A stretch of DNA of 64,000 nt. Origin: an uncultured Pseudomonadota bacterium (GTDB lineage Bacteria; Pseudomonadota; Alphaproteobacteria; JACZXZ01). The notes beneath the pieces were generated by a model, which made no database searches, had not been told where the DNA came from, and saw nothing but the letters and a program-made list of their open reading frames with translations. A program made the position numbers and the translations under genes. Below are positions 1 to 8,895 of the stretch, piece after piece (the stretch's first letter is position 1; every line of letters begins with the position of its first letter). The stretch spans positions 64,001 to 128,000 of the forward strand of contig CAVVLJ010000017.1 of NCBI GenBank assembly GCA_963749075.1, in the 5' to 3' direction.

Positions 1-1
1 C

Positions 2-255
2 AGCTTGGCCGTAACGCATCCAGTGATGCGGGGTGTTGCACTAACGACGCAGCACATCAGCGGCGGAACATTCGCTGAGGCTGTCGCTCCGGTCACGGTG
101 GACGTTCATGTAAGCAGCCCACATGCCGGGACGCAAAATGCTTTGCTCGAATGGGTTGATGTCGGCGGTCATTCGTTCATCCCTTTGGTCCGCAAATCCC
201 TCGCCCTAGTCTGCGAGCTCGATATCCTCTTTCTTCGAAATGACGCGCCTGGCTC
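2..255 (+). pseudogene. Internal fragment of a phage-associated hypothetical protein (possibly RusA-like fold), cut at its 3' end by a junction
   Basis: Frame enters from the window edge. The motif FIPLVRKSLALVCELDILFLRNDAPGS resembles a mobile-element hypothetical family; after APGS the frame turns into low-complexity sequence. Confidence 0.4.
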
Positions 256-522
256 ACACGAGCCGCGGAGCAGAGCGGGAACTCCGAGACCGAACTGCAT
301 GAGTACCTCCTCGACCAGTGCGCGCCGCACATCGTCGCCACCATCAAGACCCCGAGCGGCCCCGTCGAGACGACGCAGATGAAGCGCACGCACGGCGGCG
401 ACAAGAACACGATGACAAAGGACGAGATGAGCGAGTACATGGACCGAGCAGCCGAATTGACCGGGTATCCCCTGCCGACGGAGGAGGAGTTACAAGCTAT
501 GGGGTACGTCTTAAATCATTAG
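244..522 (+). pseudogene. 5'-truncated NinB-like phage protein
   Basis: Manual translation: RAWLTRAAEQSGNSETELHEYLLDQC...TMTKDEMSEYMDRAAELTGYPLPTEEELQAMGYVLNH*. In-frame TGA at 241-243 and no start codon ahead of the conserved part. Not in the ORF track. Confidence 0.55.
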
Positions 523-525
523 CGT

Positions 526-852
526 ATGAGAGAAATAAAGTTCAGCGCGTGGATGAACGGCAAGATGTATCAGCCTGCCGTAGAGTTCGCACCGCATTTC
601 ACTCTTACGGATGAAGTTATCGAAATGACGCGCCTAGCGGAGAAGCAAGGTTGGGCGCTCATGCAATTCACCGGCCTCAAGGACAAGAACGGAAAGGAGA
701 TTTACGAAGGCCATATTTTGGGTGGCGATTACGTCGTGTTTGAACGAGGCCAGTTCCGTTTCTCCAAAGGTAACCCTGCTTTCCTAGAGAAAGTGTGTGA
801 TGTTGTGGAAGTCGTCGGCAACATCTACGAGAACCGCGACCTCCTCACCTAG
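526..852 (+). CDS. YopX family phage protein
   Basis: MREIKFSAW, LMQFTGLKDKNGKEIYEG and VEVVGNIYEN signature motifs. Confidence 0.9.
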   Translation: MREIKFSAWMNGKMYQPAVEFAPHFTLTDEVIEMTRLAEKQGWALMQFTGLKDKNGKEIYEGHILGGDYVVFERGQFRFSKGNPAFLEKVCDVVEVVGNIYENRDLLT

Positions 853-855
853 CGT

Positions 856-1143
856 ATGCGCTCCCTCAAATCCCTCGTCGCCAACCACCCCGCCCCCCGC
901 AAGCCGAAGCGCCAGACCGAGCGCGGCGACCTCCTCGACACGATGCTCGCGCGCCTCAACCCCTCGCGCATCAAGGCAGGCTACAAGCCGCTCACGCATG
1001 GGCGGCTCGCGTTCCTGCTTACCAAGGTGCCGACGCCTGATCTCTATGCGCTCGTCAGCCGTTGCAACCACGCGGAGAAGCGGGGCTATCCCTGGAGCGC
1101 GATTTTCTGGAAGGAGATACGGCCGGCCAAAACCGACATATGA
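856..1143 (+). CDS. Phage hypothetical protein, basic, 95 aa
   Basis: Tightly coupled to its neighbours (3 nt gap, ATGA overlap); protein-like composition. Confidence 0.75.
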   Translation: MRSLKSLVANHPAPRKPKRQTERGDLLDTMLARLNPSRIKAGYKPLTHGRLAFLLTKVPTPDLYALVSRCNHAEKRGYPWSAIFWKEIRPAKTDI

Positions 1144-1403
1144 AACTCACCCAGGACGACATCATTGTCCTTTACCTTCGCGACCGCAGCGGCTGGCTCC
1201 CCACGCATGATTTAATGATGACCCAAACGCCCTACGGCTACATCGGGAGCGCGGGGCACGTCCGCGCCCGCGAACTCGCCCGCAACGAGTGCCCCGACAA
1301 GCTCAAGAACATGGTGGAGCGGGCGGAGGGGCGGGATATCGGGCTTGATCCGCGGTACGCGTATTTTCGGTACAAGGAACCGGAGCAGCTCACGCTCGTG
1401 TAA
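1140..1403 (+). CDS. Phage hypothetical protein, possible winged-helix DNA-binding protein
   Basis: ATG at 1140 overlaps the upstream TGA. The pattern TQDDIIVLYLRD..GWLPTHDL....GHVRARELAR is wHTH-like. Confidence 0.65.
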   Translation: MKLTQDDIIVLYLRDRSGWLPTHDLMMTQTPYGYIGSAGHVRARELARNECPDKLKNMVERAEGRDIGLDPRYAYFRYKEPEQLTLV

Positions 1404-1412
1404 AAATCTCGA

Positions 1413-2126
1413 CTATTTTTTTCGTTTCCACTCTTTCACAGCGTTCTTCACCTCCCAAGAGTTAAGCCAAGACAGAACCTCCTCTTCGTTACGACAATGC
1501 CGCCGGGCATACCCTGGCAATTCGAGGACAAGCGCACCGCCTTCAAGTTTAATAATGCATCCCGCTGCAACGCTCTCATCAAGGCGGTTCCGTATTTCGT
1601 CAGAAACGAAGTCCGAGTAGCTCGTTATTGGGTCTGGTTCGGGTCGCACCTCTCTAGGCTCCCGAGTTCTCTTCGCTTCTTCTCCCTGTCCAATGGGGCT
1701 GCGAGGTTCTGGGCGCACACCGCTCGGCTCGTTTTCAGGTGCCCGGGGCTGCGGCTGACGTGTCGTGTTTGGGCTTCGAGCGCCGAGATCAAGGACATCC
1801 CGTTGCGCGGACGGACCACCGAGAGATGGCGGAAAGGTTCTAGGCGATGATGCGGCAAGGGATCTAGCCGTTTCTGCGGTGTTCGCTTCGATGTCTATAA
1901 AAATCCGAAACGCCTCGCCAATCGCAACTGTCACGAGCCCAGCCACCGCGACGCCGAAAGACGAAGCAATCTTGATGACGCCGCTCATCGCCGCCAAGCC
2001 GTTATTCATTATTTGGGCTAGATCAATCGCCCCCCACAGAAAACTGAGGACCGCGACAGCAACGGCGATCCAACCTATAACCACCAAGATTCTGCTGACG
2101 GCGCGAAGAACCGGATACTTTCTCAC
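1413..2126 (-). CDS. Prophage accessory membrane protein (N-terminal TM helices, Pro/Arg-rich linker, small C-terminal domain)
   Basis: GTG start with upstream AGGGGG; two long hydrophobic segments; opposite strand to the phage genes. Confidence 0.7.
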   Translation of the reverse strand: MRKYPVLRAVSRILVVIGWIAVAVAVLSFLWGAIDLAQIMNNGLAAMSGVIKIASSFGVAVAGLVTVAIGEAFRIFIDIEANTAETARSLAASSPRTFPPSLGGPSAQRDVLDLGARSPNTTRQPQPRAPENEPSGVRPEPRSPIGQGEEAKRTREPREVRPEPDPITSYSDFVSDEIRNRLDESVAAGCIIKLEGGALVLELPGYARRHCRNEEEVLSWLNSWEVKNAVKEWKRKK

Positions 2127-2195
2127 TGGTGCCCCCTACCATGCGAGAAAACATCACCTGATTGTAGACACACCCACGATCACCACCAGCGAAGA

Positions 2196-2227
2196 TTGAC
2201 GCTTTGCATCGTGTTCTCTATATGTTC
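2196..2227 (+). promoter_or_regulatory. Sigma70-like promoter (TTGACG at 2196; TATATG at 2219) overlapped by an alphaproteobacterial LexA box GTTC-N7-GTTC (2213-2227)
   Basis: GTTC-TCTATAT-GTTC is an exact match to the alpha SOS box and ends 3 nt before the ATG at 2231. Confidence 0.75.
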
Positions 2228-2230
2228 TCA

Positions 2231-2557
2231 ATGACCGAGGACGACCCCCGCACCGCCTCCCTCCTCGCCGAGCTCCGCCAAGTGTGCGCCAAGCTCCGGG
2301 ACGCATTCTCTTCATCCTCGGGCCGGCTCACTTACCTCTGTGACGCTATAGCCCGTCCTGACCTTGGCGAGCTTCGGGAAGGGCTTCCGTTTCGGGTGGA
2401 GCAGTGGAATACCAACGACCTTCTCCAGGTCGTAGCGGCCTGTGCGAACCTTCTCGTCGCTGTTGGTGCCTTCGAGGCGGCCGTCCACGAGTACCCATCG
2501 CACCACTGGCTGCTCCGCCACGGCGCGCGCGTCATTCGGGAGCATACCCCGTCGTAG
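2231..2557 (+). CDS. Hypothetical protein, putatively SOS-inducible
   Basis: ORF directly downstream of the LexA box; LPFRVEQW...AFEAAV...LLRHGARVI resembles small alphaproteobacterial hypotheticals. Confidence 0.7.
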   Translation: MTEDDPRTASLLAELRQVCAKLRDAFSSSSGRLTYLCDAIARPDLGELREGLPFRVEQWNTNDLLQVVAACANLLVAVGAFEAAVHEYPSHHWLLRHGARVIREHTPS

Positions 2558-2606
2558 GGGCGAGACAAATGCAGGACAAATGGGGTTGGGAAAATCGGCT
2601 AAGTGT

Positions 2607-2682
2607 TGGCGCGCCCTGCTGGATTCGAACCAGCGACCCACAGCTTAGAAGGCTGTTGCTCTATCCCCTGAGCTAAGGGCGC
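2607..2682 (-). tRNA. tRNA-Arg(TCT)
   Basis: Reverse complement GCGCCCTTAGCTCAGGGGATAGAGCAACAGCCTTCTAAGCTGTGGGTCGCTGGTTCGAATCCAGCAGGGCGCGCCA; anticodon loop CTTCTAA; encoded CCA. Confidence 0.97.
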
Positions 2683-2724
2683 TTGCCGTTGCGAGGTGCT
2701 GCCGCGGCGGCGCGGCAGGCGGCC

Positions 2725-3021
2725 TCAGGCGATGCGATTATACTTGAAATTGTCGGCGTAGGCCTTGGGGCGGATCTTGTGCACGTGGGGCTCCGCGAGG
2801 GCGTAGGCGTAGCCCTGGCGCATGGCATAGGCTAAGGCCGCCGCCTCGCTCGCGAAGGTGAGACGCACCTGCGTCCGCGTATCGGCCGAGCTCGTCCAGC
2901 CCATGAGCGGATCGTGGGTTCTCGGGCTCTCCCGCTCGAACTCCATCACCCACTCGCGCGTATTGCCCTCGCCCGACTGCATGGCGGTCCTGGCGGGCCG
3001 ATAGATGCGCACGCTCGGCAT
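2725..3021 (-). CDS. ETC complex I subunit (NDUFS4-like) protein
   Basis: RIYRPARTAMQSG, DPLMGWTSS and YADNF motifs. Confidence 0.92.
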   Translation of the reverse strand: MPSVRIYRPARTAMQSGEGNTREWVMEFERESPRTHDPLMGWTSSADTRTQVRLTFASEAAALAYAMRQGYAYALAEPHVHKIRPKAYADNFKYNRIA

Positions 3022-3099
3022 GACGTCCCCCGTCGCTTGGTGCGGCCAAGCTATAGTGCCGAACAGGCGGGCGGGCAAGAGCCGAGCGGCCGCGGCCCC

Positions 3100-3999
3100 C
3101 TAGCGTGCCCGAGGTGCGCGGTTGACGAGGAAGATGCCGCAGCCGACGAACGCCATGGCGAGCACCAGGCGCGGGGTGATCGGCTCGCCCAAGAGGAGGC
3201 CGCCCGCGAGCATGCCGAAGAGCGGCGTCAAGAAGGTGAAGGCCGCGAGCGACGAGGCGGGATAATGCGCCACCAGCCAGAACCAGGCGACGTAGCTCAC
3301 GAAGGCCACCCACACGACCTGATAGGCGAGGAGAAGGAGGACGGCGGGGCTCGCGTCCGTCACTCCCGCCTCGCCCATGGCGGGCGACAGCGGGAGCAGC
3401 AGCAGCGCCGAGCCGGCGAGCTGATAGATGAGGACCTTGAGCGGGCTCAGGCGGACGAGCCGCGTCGCCTTGATGACGACCGTGGTGACGGCCCAGAGCA
3501 CGGCAGCTACCACCATCATGCCGTCGCCGACGAGCTCGCGGTGCGTCGGCAGGCCGAGGCTCTCCGAGAAGGCGAGCGCCATGCCGGCGAAGGCCGCGAG
3601 CAGGCCCAGGGCCCTCGTGCGGTCGAGCCGCTCGCCCGCCAGGAAGAGATGCGCGCCGAGCGCCACGAAGATCGGCGCCGTATAGAGAAAGATGGCGCCG
3701 CGCGCCGCGGCGGTGAAGACGAGGCCCCAATAGATGAAGACGAACTCGGCGCCGAACAGCGTGGCGATGAGCATGCCGAGCCAGAGCGAGCCGTCGCGCT
3801 CGAAGAGCCTGACCCCGCGCCAAGCCGCCCAGCCCCATACCAGGAGCGCCGCCGCGGCCGAGCGCAAGCCCGCCTGCAGCACCGGCGAGATCCCCGCGTC
3901 CGCCACCTTGATCGCGACCTGCTGCAGGCCCCAGGACACGCAGCACATGACCACGAGGCCCGCGGCGAGAAGATCGAGATGGCTCTTGCGGCTGTTCAT
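3100..3999 (-). CDS. DMT/EamA family transporter
   Basis: About 10 TM helices in two EamA repeats; FLTPLFG motif. Confidence 0.9.
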   Translation of the reverse strand: MNSRKSHLDLLAAGLVVMCCVSWGLQQVAIKVADAGISPVLQAGLRSAAAALLVWGWAAWRGVRLFERDGSLWLGMLIATLFGAEFVFIYWGLVFTAAARGAIFLYTAPIFVALGAHLFLAGERLDRTRALGLLAAFAGMALAFSESLGLPTHRELVGDGMMVVAAVLWAVTTVVIKATRLVRLSPLKVLIYQLAGSALLLLPLSPAMGEAGVTDASPAVLLLLAYQVVWVAFVSYVAWFWLVAHYPASSLAAFTFLTPLFGMLAGGLLLGEPITPRLVLAMAFVGCGIFLVNRAPRAR

Positions 4000-4132
4000 G
4001 AGAGGAAAATCGCGGGACGCGGGAGAGCGTGACGGCCGCGGGCAAGCGGGCCGTCCCGTCGCCTAGCACAGATCGCGAGGGGATGGAACGCCGCGCGGAG
4101 GGCCGGCCGAGAGTGCAACGCCGATCGGCGGC

Positions 4133-4894
4133 TCAGAGCACCCGCTCGAGGAAATCGCGCGTGCGCTGCTCGCGCGGCGCACGCAGGATGTCGCTCGGCG
4201 GGCCGCGCTCGACGATGACGCCGCCGTCCATGAACACCACCTCGTCGGCGACCTCGCGGGCAAAGCCGATCTCGTGGGTCACGCACAGCATCGTCATGCC
4301 CTCGGCGGCGAGCCCGCGCATCACCGCGAGCACCTCGCCCACGAGCTCCGGGTCGAGGGCCGAGGTCGCCTCGTCGAAGAGCATGACGCGCGGGCCCATG
4401 GCGAGCGCGCGCGCGATGGCGACGCGCTGCTGCTCGCCGCCCGAGAGCTGCCGCGGATAGCGCGCACCCTTCGAGGAAAGCCCCACGCGCTCGAGGAGGG
4501 CGATCGCCGTGGCCTTGGCCGCCGCTCTGGACACCCGCTTGACCAGGATCTGCGGCATGGTCACGTTCTCGAGCACCGTGACGTGCTGGAAGAGGTTGAA
4601 GCGCTGGAATACCATGCCGATCGCGGCGCGCGCGGCGCAGAGCTCGCGCTCCTTGACCTCGTGGAGGCGGTTGCCGACGCGGCGGTAGCCCACGAGCTCG
4701 CCCGCCACCATCACATAGCCCGAGTCCGGTCTCTCGAGATGGTTGATGCAGCGTAGGAACGTCGACTTGCCGGCGCCTGACGGGCCGATCACGCAGACCA
4801 CCTTGCCACCCTCCACGTCGAGATCGATGCCGCGCAGCACCTCGACGCCGCCATAGGACTTGTACAGCGCGCGGACGGCGATCATGGCGCTCAT
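4133..4894 (-). CDS. Polar amino acid ABC transporter ATP-binding protein
   Basis: [24 protein letters not shown] and [10 protein letters not shown]. True start MSAMIAV at 4894 overlaps the permease stop. Confidence 0.93.
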   Translation of the reverse strand: MSAMIAVRALYKSYGGVEVLRGIDLDVEGGKVVCVIGPSGAGKSTFLRCINHLERPDSGYVMVAGELVGYRRVGNRLHEVKERELCAARAAIGMVFQRFNLFQHVTVLENVTMPQILVKRVSRAAAKATAIALLERVGLSSKGARYPRQLSGGEQQRVAIARALAMGPRVMLFDEATSALDPELVGEVLAVMRGLAAEGMTMLCVTHEIGFAREVADEVVFMDGGVIVERGPPSDILRAPREQRTRDFLERVL

Positions 4895-5919
4895 GACGGG
4901 CCGTCCTGATCCGCTGCGGACGAGCGCGAGAGGAAGAGATTGCCGAGGACCGCGAGGGGAAAGGCGCGCCGCGGCGCAGACGCGCGGTCGTCGTGGCTGC
5001 GCCCGACGCGGAGCTCGATCACCCGCTGCACGGCGGTGAGCACGGTCGTCAGCGCCACGTACCACAGCGAGGCCACGATGAGCAGCGGAATGGTCTCGAA
5101 GGTGCGCGTATAGATGAGCTCCGCCGAGGAGAGCAGCTCGGTCACCGAGATGACGCTCGCGAGCGAGGTGTATTTGAGCATGCCGATCACCTGATTGCCC
5201 GTGGGCGGCACGATGACGCGCAGGGCCTGCGGCAGGATGACCTTGCGCATGGTCTGGGCGCGCGTCATGCCGACCGCGAAGGCGGCCTCGCGCTGGCCCG
5301 GATCGACGCTCATGATGCCGCTGCGCACGATCTCCGCCATATAGGCCGCTTCGCAGAGGCCGAGGCCGAGATTGGCCGCCATCAGCGGCGTGATGATCGC
5401 GTTGGCATTGAGCGCGAGCAAGTCGGGGCCGAAGAACGGGATGCCGAGGGTGATGACGGGAAAGAGCGCCGAGAGGTTGAACCAGAAGATGAGCTGAACC
5501 AAGGCCGGCGTGCCGCGGAAGCAGGTGATGTAGACGACCGCGGCGGAGGACAAGAGGCCGTTCTCGGAGAGCCGCATCAGCGCGATCGCGATGCCGAGGA
5601 GGATGCCGATGCACATGGCCGAGGCGGTGAGCTCGATCGTGAGCAGCACGCCCTGGAGGATGTCCGGGCTGAAGAGATATTTGGCGACGACCGGCCACTG
5701 GAAGTTCGGGTTCACCATGACGGTGTAGGCCGCCCAGGCGAGGAGGAGCCCCACCACCGCGCAGGCGACCCAGCGGCCCGGGTGGCGGAGCGGCACCGGG
5801 GGGCCCGCGATGAGACCCGCCATGGGATCGCCCGCGACTTCCCCCTTGGCCGGCTCCTTCGCCGGCTTGCCGGCGGCAGGCTCGCGAACCCGGTCCTGCG
5901 GCGCCGTCCCGATCTCCAT
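4891..5919 (-). CDS. Polar amino acid ABC transporter permease
   Basis: [20 protein letters not shown] and LKYTSLAS motifs. Confidence 0.92.
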   Translation of the reverse strand: MEIGTAPQDRVREPAAGKPAKEPAKGEVAGDPMAGLIAGPPVPLRHPGRWVACAVVGLLLAWAAYTVMVNPNFQWPVVAKYLFSPDILQGVLLTIELTASAMCIGILLGIAIALMRLSENGLLSSAAVVYITCFRGTPALVQLIFWFNLSALFPVITLGIPFFGPDLLALNANAIITPLMAANLGLGLCEAAYMAEIVRSGIMSVDPGQREAAFAVGMTRAQTMRKVILPQALRVIVPPTGNQVIGMLKYTSLASVISVTELLSSAELIYTRTFETIPLLIVASLWYVALTTVLTAVQRVIELRVGRSHDDRASAPRRAFPLAVLGNLFLSRSSAADQDGPS

Positions 5920-5974
5920 CCGGAATCCTCTCCCCGCGGCAAGGGCAGGGCCGATCAGGCCGCACCGCCTCCCT

Positions 5975-6035
5975 CGTCACCCCCGCGAACGCGGGGCTCC
6001 ACAGCCGATGGATTCCCGCTTGCGCGGGAATGACG
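5975..6035. repeat. REP-like palindromic repeat, family A, copy 1
   Basis: CGTCACCCCCGCGAACGCGGGG...TGGATTCCCGCTTGCGCGGGAATGACG; terminal inverted repeats and two internal hairpins; related copy at 25601. Confidence 0.85.
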
Positions 6036-6064
6036 CACGAAATGGCGAATCCGCTTGAACCGCC

Positions 6065-6973
6065 CTAGTCGAAGATCGCCGGGTCGGCAGCCGTTCCGTC
6101 GAGCCCCCACTTGTGCATGATTTTAGCATAGGTGCCGTCGGCGATGACGACCTTGAGGGCCGCCTCGAGGGCCTTGCCGAGCTGCGCGTCGTCCTTCTTG
6201 TAGGCGATGCCGGAATCGACCGTGGCGCCCGGCACCGGACCGCCAGGTGCTGCATCGAGCTTGCCGTCGGAATGCTTGGCGGCAACCACCGCCGTGGCAA
6301 GGCTCACGCCCGCGGCATCCGCCCTGCCGGTCTCGACCGCCAGCACCTGCGGGCCCTTGCCGTCGAACGTCATGAGCGTGATCTTGGCCTTGCCCGCGGC
6401 CTCGCACTTTTTCGACTGGTCCTCCCAAACCATGACCGGCTGGGTGCCCTTCTCGACCGCGATCGTGTGGCCGCAGGCATCGTTGTTCTTGACGCCCGCC
6501 GGGTTGCCCTTGCGCACGATGAGGCCGTTGGCGAGGATCGCGTAGCGCACGAAGGAGACCTGCTTGAGCCGTGCCGGCAGGATGGCCATGACCGACATGC
6601 CCACGTCGACGCGCCCGCCGCTCACCGCCGGAATGATCGAGGCGAAGGACAGCCGCTCGATCTCGGGCTTGAGGCCGAGCACGCCCGCCACGGCCTGGAA
6701 GATCTCGACGTCGAAGCCGACCTGCTGGTCTTTCTCGTCGAGGTAGTTGTAGGGCTCGAAATCGAGCGGCATGGCCGCCTTGAGCACGCCGGCCTTCTTG
6801 ATCTCCGCCGGCACGAGCGCGCGCGCCGCCTCCATGCCCGTCTGGGCCAAGGCCGGTGCGGTGGCCGCGGCCGCAGCGAGAGCGGCCGAGAGCAGCAAAG
6901 CGATCGCCAGCGCCACGGGCCAGGCGCGCGCGCGCTCAGGCCCCGCCGCCTCATTCTTGCGGATCAACGACAT
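6065..6973 (-). CDS. ABC transporter substrate-binding protein (family 3)
   Basis: Signal peptide; DFEPYNY, GFDVEI and VETGRADA motifs. Confidence 0.9.
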   Translation of the reverse strand: MSLIRKNEAAGPERARAWPVALAIALLLSAALAAAAATAPALAQTGMEAARALVPAEIKKAGVLKAAMPLDFEPYNYLDEKDQQVGFDVEIFQAVAGVLGLKPEIERLSFASIIPAVSGGRVDVGMSVMAILPARLKQVSFVRYAILANGLIVRKGNPAGVKNNDACGHTIAVEKGTQPVMVWEDQSKKCEAAGKAKITLMTFDGKGPQVLAVETGRADAAGVSLATAVVAAKHSDGKLDAAPGGPVPGATVDSGIAYKKDDAQLGKALEAALKVVIADGTYAKIMHKWGLDGTAADPAIFD

Positions 6974-7107
6974 TCTCGCCTCCTTGTCATGCTGGTTGCG
7001 CCTGATGGCTTGGCCGCGCCCTCGATCGATCGGCACGCGAGATGCGCGGCACGCCGCCTTCGTTTCGGCCCGCGGGGTCAGGCGCTTCCCGTTTTGCCTC
7101 GCGCACC

Positions 7108-7776
7108 CTACGCGTCCCCGACCACGACCGCCATATAGTTGGCCAACGCCCTGCCCCGCGAGCCCATGACGATCTTGACGGCGCTCGCATAATCGGCGGA
7201 CGCCGGACGGCCGTCCCGCGGCTTGAGCACCCGCGTGCCGTTGCGCCGGCGAGGCGCCTCGCCGAGATAGCGCACGATCTCCCGGCAGAAATCCGGCAGA
7301 TCGCCCGGCAGCCGCGAGGTGATCAGATTGCCGTCGCGCACCACGGGCTGGTCCACGTAGTCGGCGCCGGCGTTGACGACGTCGTCCTTGATGTTGGGCA
7401 CGCAGGTCAGTCGGCGGCCGCGCGCGATGCCGGCGGAGGCCAGCATCCAGCCCGCGTGGCAGATTGCCGCCACCAGATTGCCCTGCTCGTGAACCTTGCG
7501 CACCAGCTCCACCATGGGCTTGTGCTTGCGCATGCCCTCGGGCGCGAAGCCGCCGGGGATGATCACCGCATCGAGGTCCCCGGCCTCGACGTCCTCCACG
7601 GCGAGATCGGGCCTGGCCGGATAGCCGAGCTTGCTGGCGTAGATCTGGTTCGCGGCCGGCGCCACGACGAGGACGTTGGCGCCCTCCTCGCGCAGCCGCA
7701 TCACCGGGTGCCAGAGCTCGAGCTCCTGGTACTGGTTCTCGACGAGAACCGCGATCTGCGCCTCCTCGAGGTTCAT
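7108..7776 (-). CDS. DJ-1/PfpI family protein with intact Cys-His and a ~50 aa C-terminal extension
   Basis: YQELE, IPGGFAPE, AAICHAGW and DGNLITSR motifs. Confidence 0.9.
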   Translation of the reverse strand: MNLEEAQIAVLVENQYQELELWHPVMRLREEGANVLVVAPAANQIYASKLGYPARPDLAVEDVEAGDLDAVIIPGGFAPEGMRKHKPMVELVRKVHEQGNLVAAICHAGWMLASAGIARGRRLTCVPNIKDDVVNAGADYVDQPVVRDGNLITSRLPGDLPDFCREIVRYLGEAPRRRNGTRVLKPRDGRPASADYASAVKIVMGSRGRALANYMAVVVGDA

Positions 7777-8864
7777 GCCGGCTCCCCTGCCGCCGCCATG
7801 GCCGGCTCCTCGCGGCGCAGGCCCTCCGGCGAGAATGCGAGAAGCCGCTGGGCGTTGTCGACGAGCACGCGGTCGAGCTCGGCCTTGCCGAAGCCCTTCT
7901 TGGCCAGCCGCGGGGCGAAGCTCTCGAAGAGATAATCGAACGGCACCTTGGTGTTGAACTGGTCGGGCTCCTCCTTGGAGATGGGCCCCCGGCCGTGCGC
8001 GAAGAAGCGGTCGTAGGAGAAGACGAGGCGGTCGAGGTAGCCGCGCTCGGTCAGCTCCACGATGAGAACGGCCATCTGCTCGTCGAGCGCGTCGGCGGAA
8101 TCGTGCATCCAGGGGATGCCGATGTGATCGATCTGCAGACAGGCGCCGCGCGCGCAGATGTCCAAGAGCTGCTTGAGTTCCGGCTTGATGAAGCAATGGC
8201 CGATGACGACCTTGCCCGGATCGGCGCCCTCCGCCTCGAGGAGGTCGAGCAGCTCGATGCCCGGATTGGTCACCGTCCAGTCGACGGGATGGGTGTGGGT
8301 GTTGATGGCGCAGCCGAGCTTCTTCTGCGCCCGCGCCGCGGCGCGGATGGCCTTCTCCTCATAGGGGCCGATCCTGGTGCCGCTCGCGTAGATGGGGCTC
8401 GGCGCGCCCGTCAAGGCGCCCGTCGAGACCTTGATGTTCCCCGCCTTCCAGGGCGTCAGCACGCCGTCGTAGACCATGCCCTCGGTGATGTCGCGGATCA
8501 TCATCTCCTTCAGGTAGTCGAGCGGCTTGCGGCGCCAGTAGAAGGGGATGCCGATGGCGTTGTGCTCGCCGTAGAAGCCCGTGGTGGCGACGATGTGGAC
8601 GCCGCTCCGCCGCTGCGACTCCGCCATGAGGCGCGGATGGCGCCCGAGCTCGGGCGGCGTCAAGTCGACGATCGTGCGGATGCCGTGCTGGCTCAGCCCG
8701 TTCTTGAGGGTCTGGGCGATGCCGGCGGCGACCGCATCCACGTCCCAGAGATTGTTGTGGTCGTACTCGCAGCCCAGATAGGCATAGCGCAGATGCTCGT
8801 GGGTGAGCGTGATGCCGGCCCGGTCGGGTGCGATATCGCCGAGAACGGTGCGGATGATTGCCAT
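7773..8864 (-). CDS. Phosphotriesterase-like metallohydrolase
   Basis: THEH, DLTP..LGR, ATTGFY, Lys in GNIKV, THTH, IGHC and SYD: the binuclear metal ligands are present. Confidence 0.9.
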   Translation of the reverse strand: MAIIRTVLGDIAPDRAGITLTHEHLRYAYLGCEYDHNNLWDVDAVAAGIAQTLKNGLSQHGIRTIVDLTPPELGRHPRLMAESQRRSGVHIVATTGFYGEHNAIGIPFYWRRKPLDYLKEMMIRDITEGMVYDGVLTPWKAGNIKVSTGALTGAPSPIYASGTRIGPYEEKAIRAAARAQKKLGCAINTHTHPVDWTVTNPGIELLDLLEAEGADPGKVVIGHCFIKPELKQLLDICARGACLQIDHIGIPWMHDSADALDEQMAVLIVELTERGYLDRLVFSYDRFFAHGRGPISKEEPDQFNTKVPFDYLFESFAPRLAKKGFGKAELDRVLVDNAQRLLAFSPEGLRREEPAMAAAGEPA

Positions 8865-8895
8865 GGGGGCCTCGGTTGCGGCTGTTGCGCGATGC

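Larger units (their letters stand above)
1..2606. mobile_element. Right end of a prophage-like element/genomic island next to the 3' end of tRNA-Arg(TCT)
   Basis: Phage-type genes (YopX, NinB-like), short tightly packed hypotheticals, visibly lower GC than the rest of the window, and an end directly at the tRNA 3' CCA. No integrase in the window. Confidence 0.75.
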
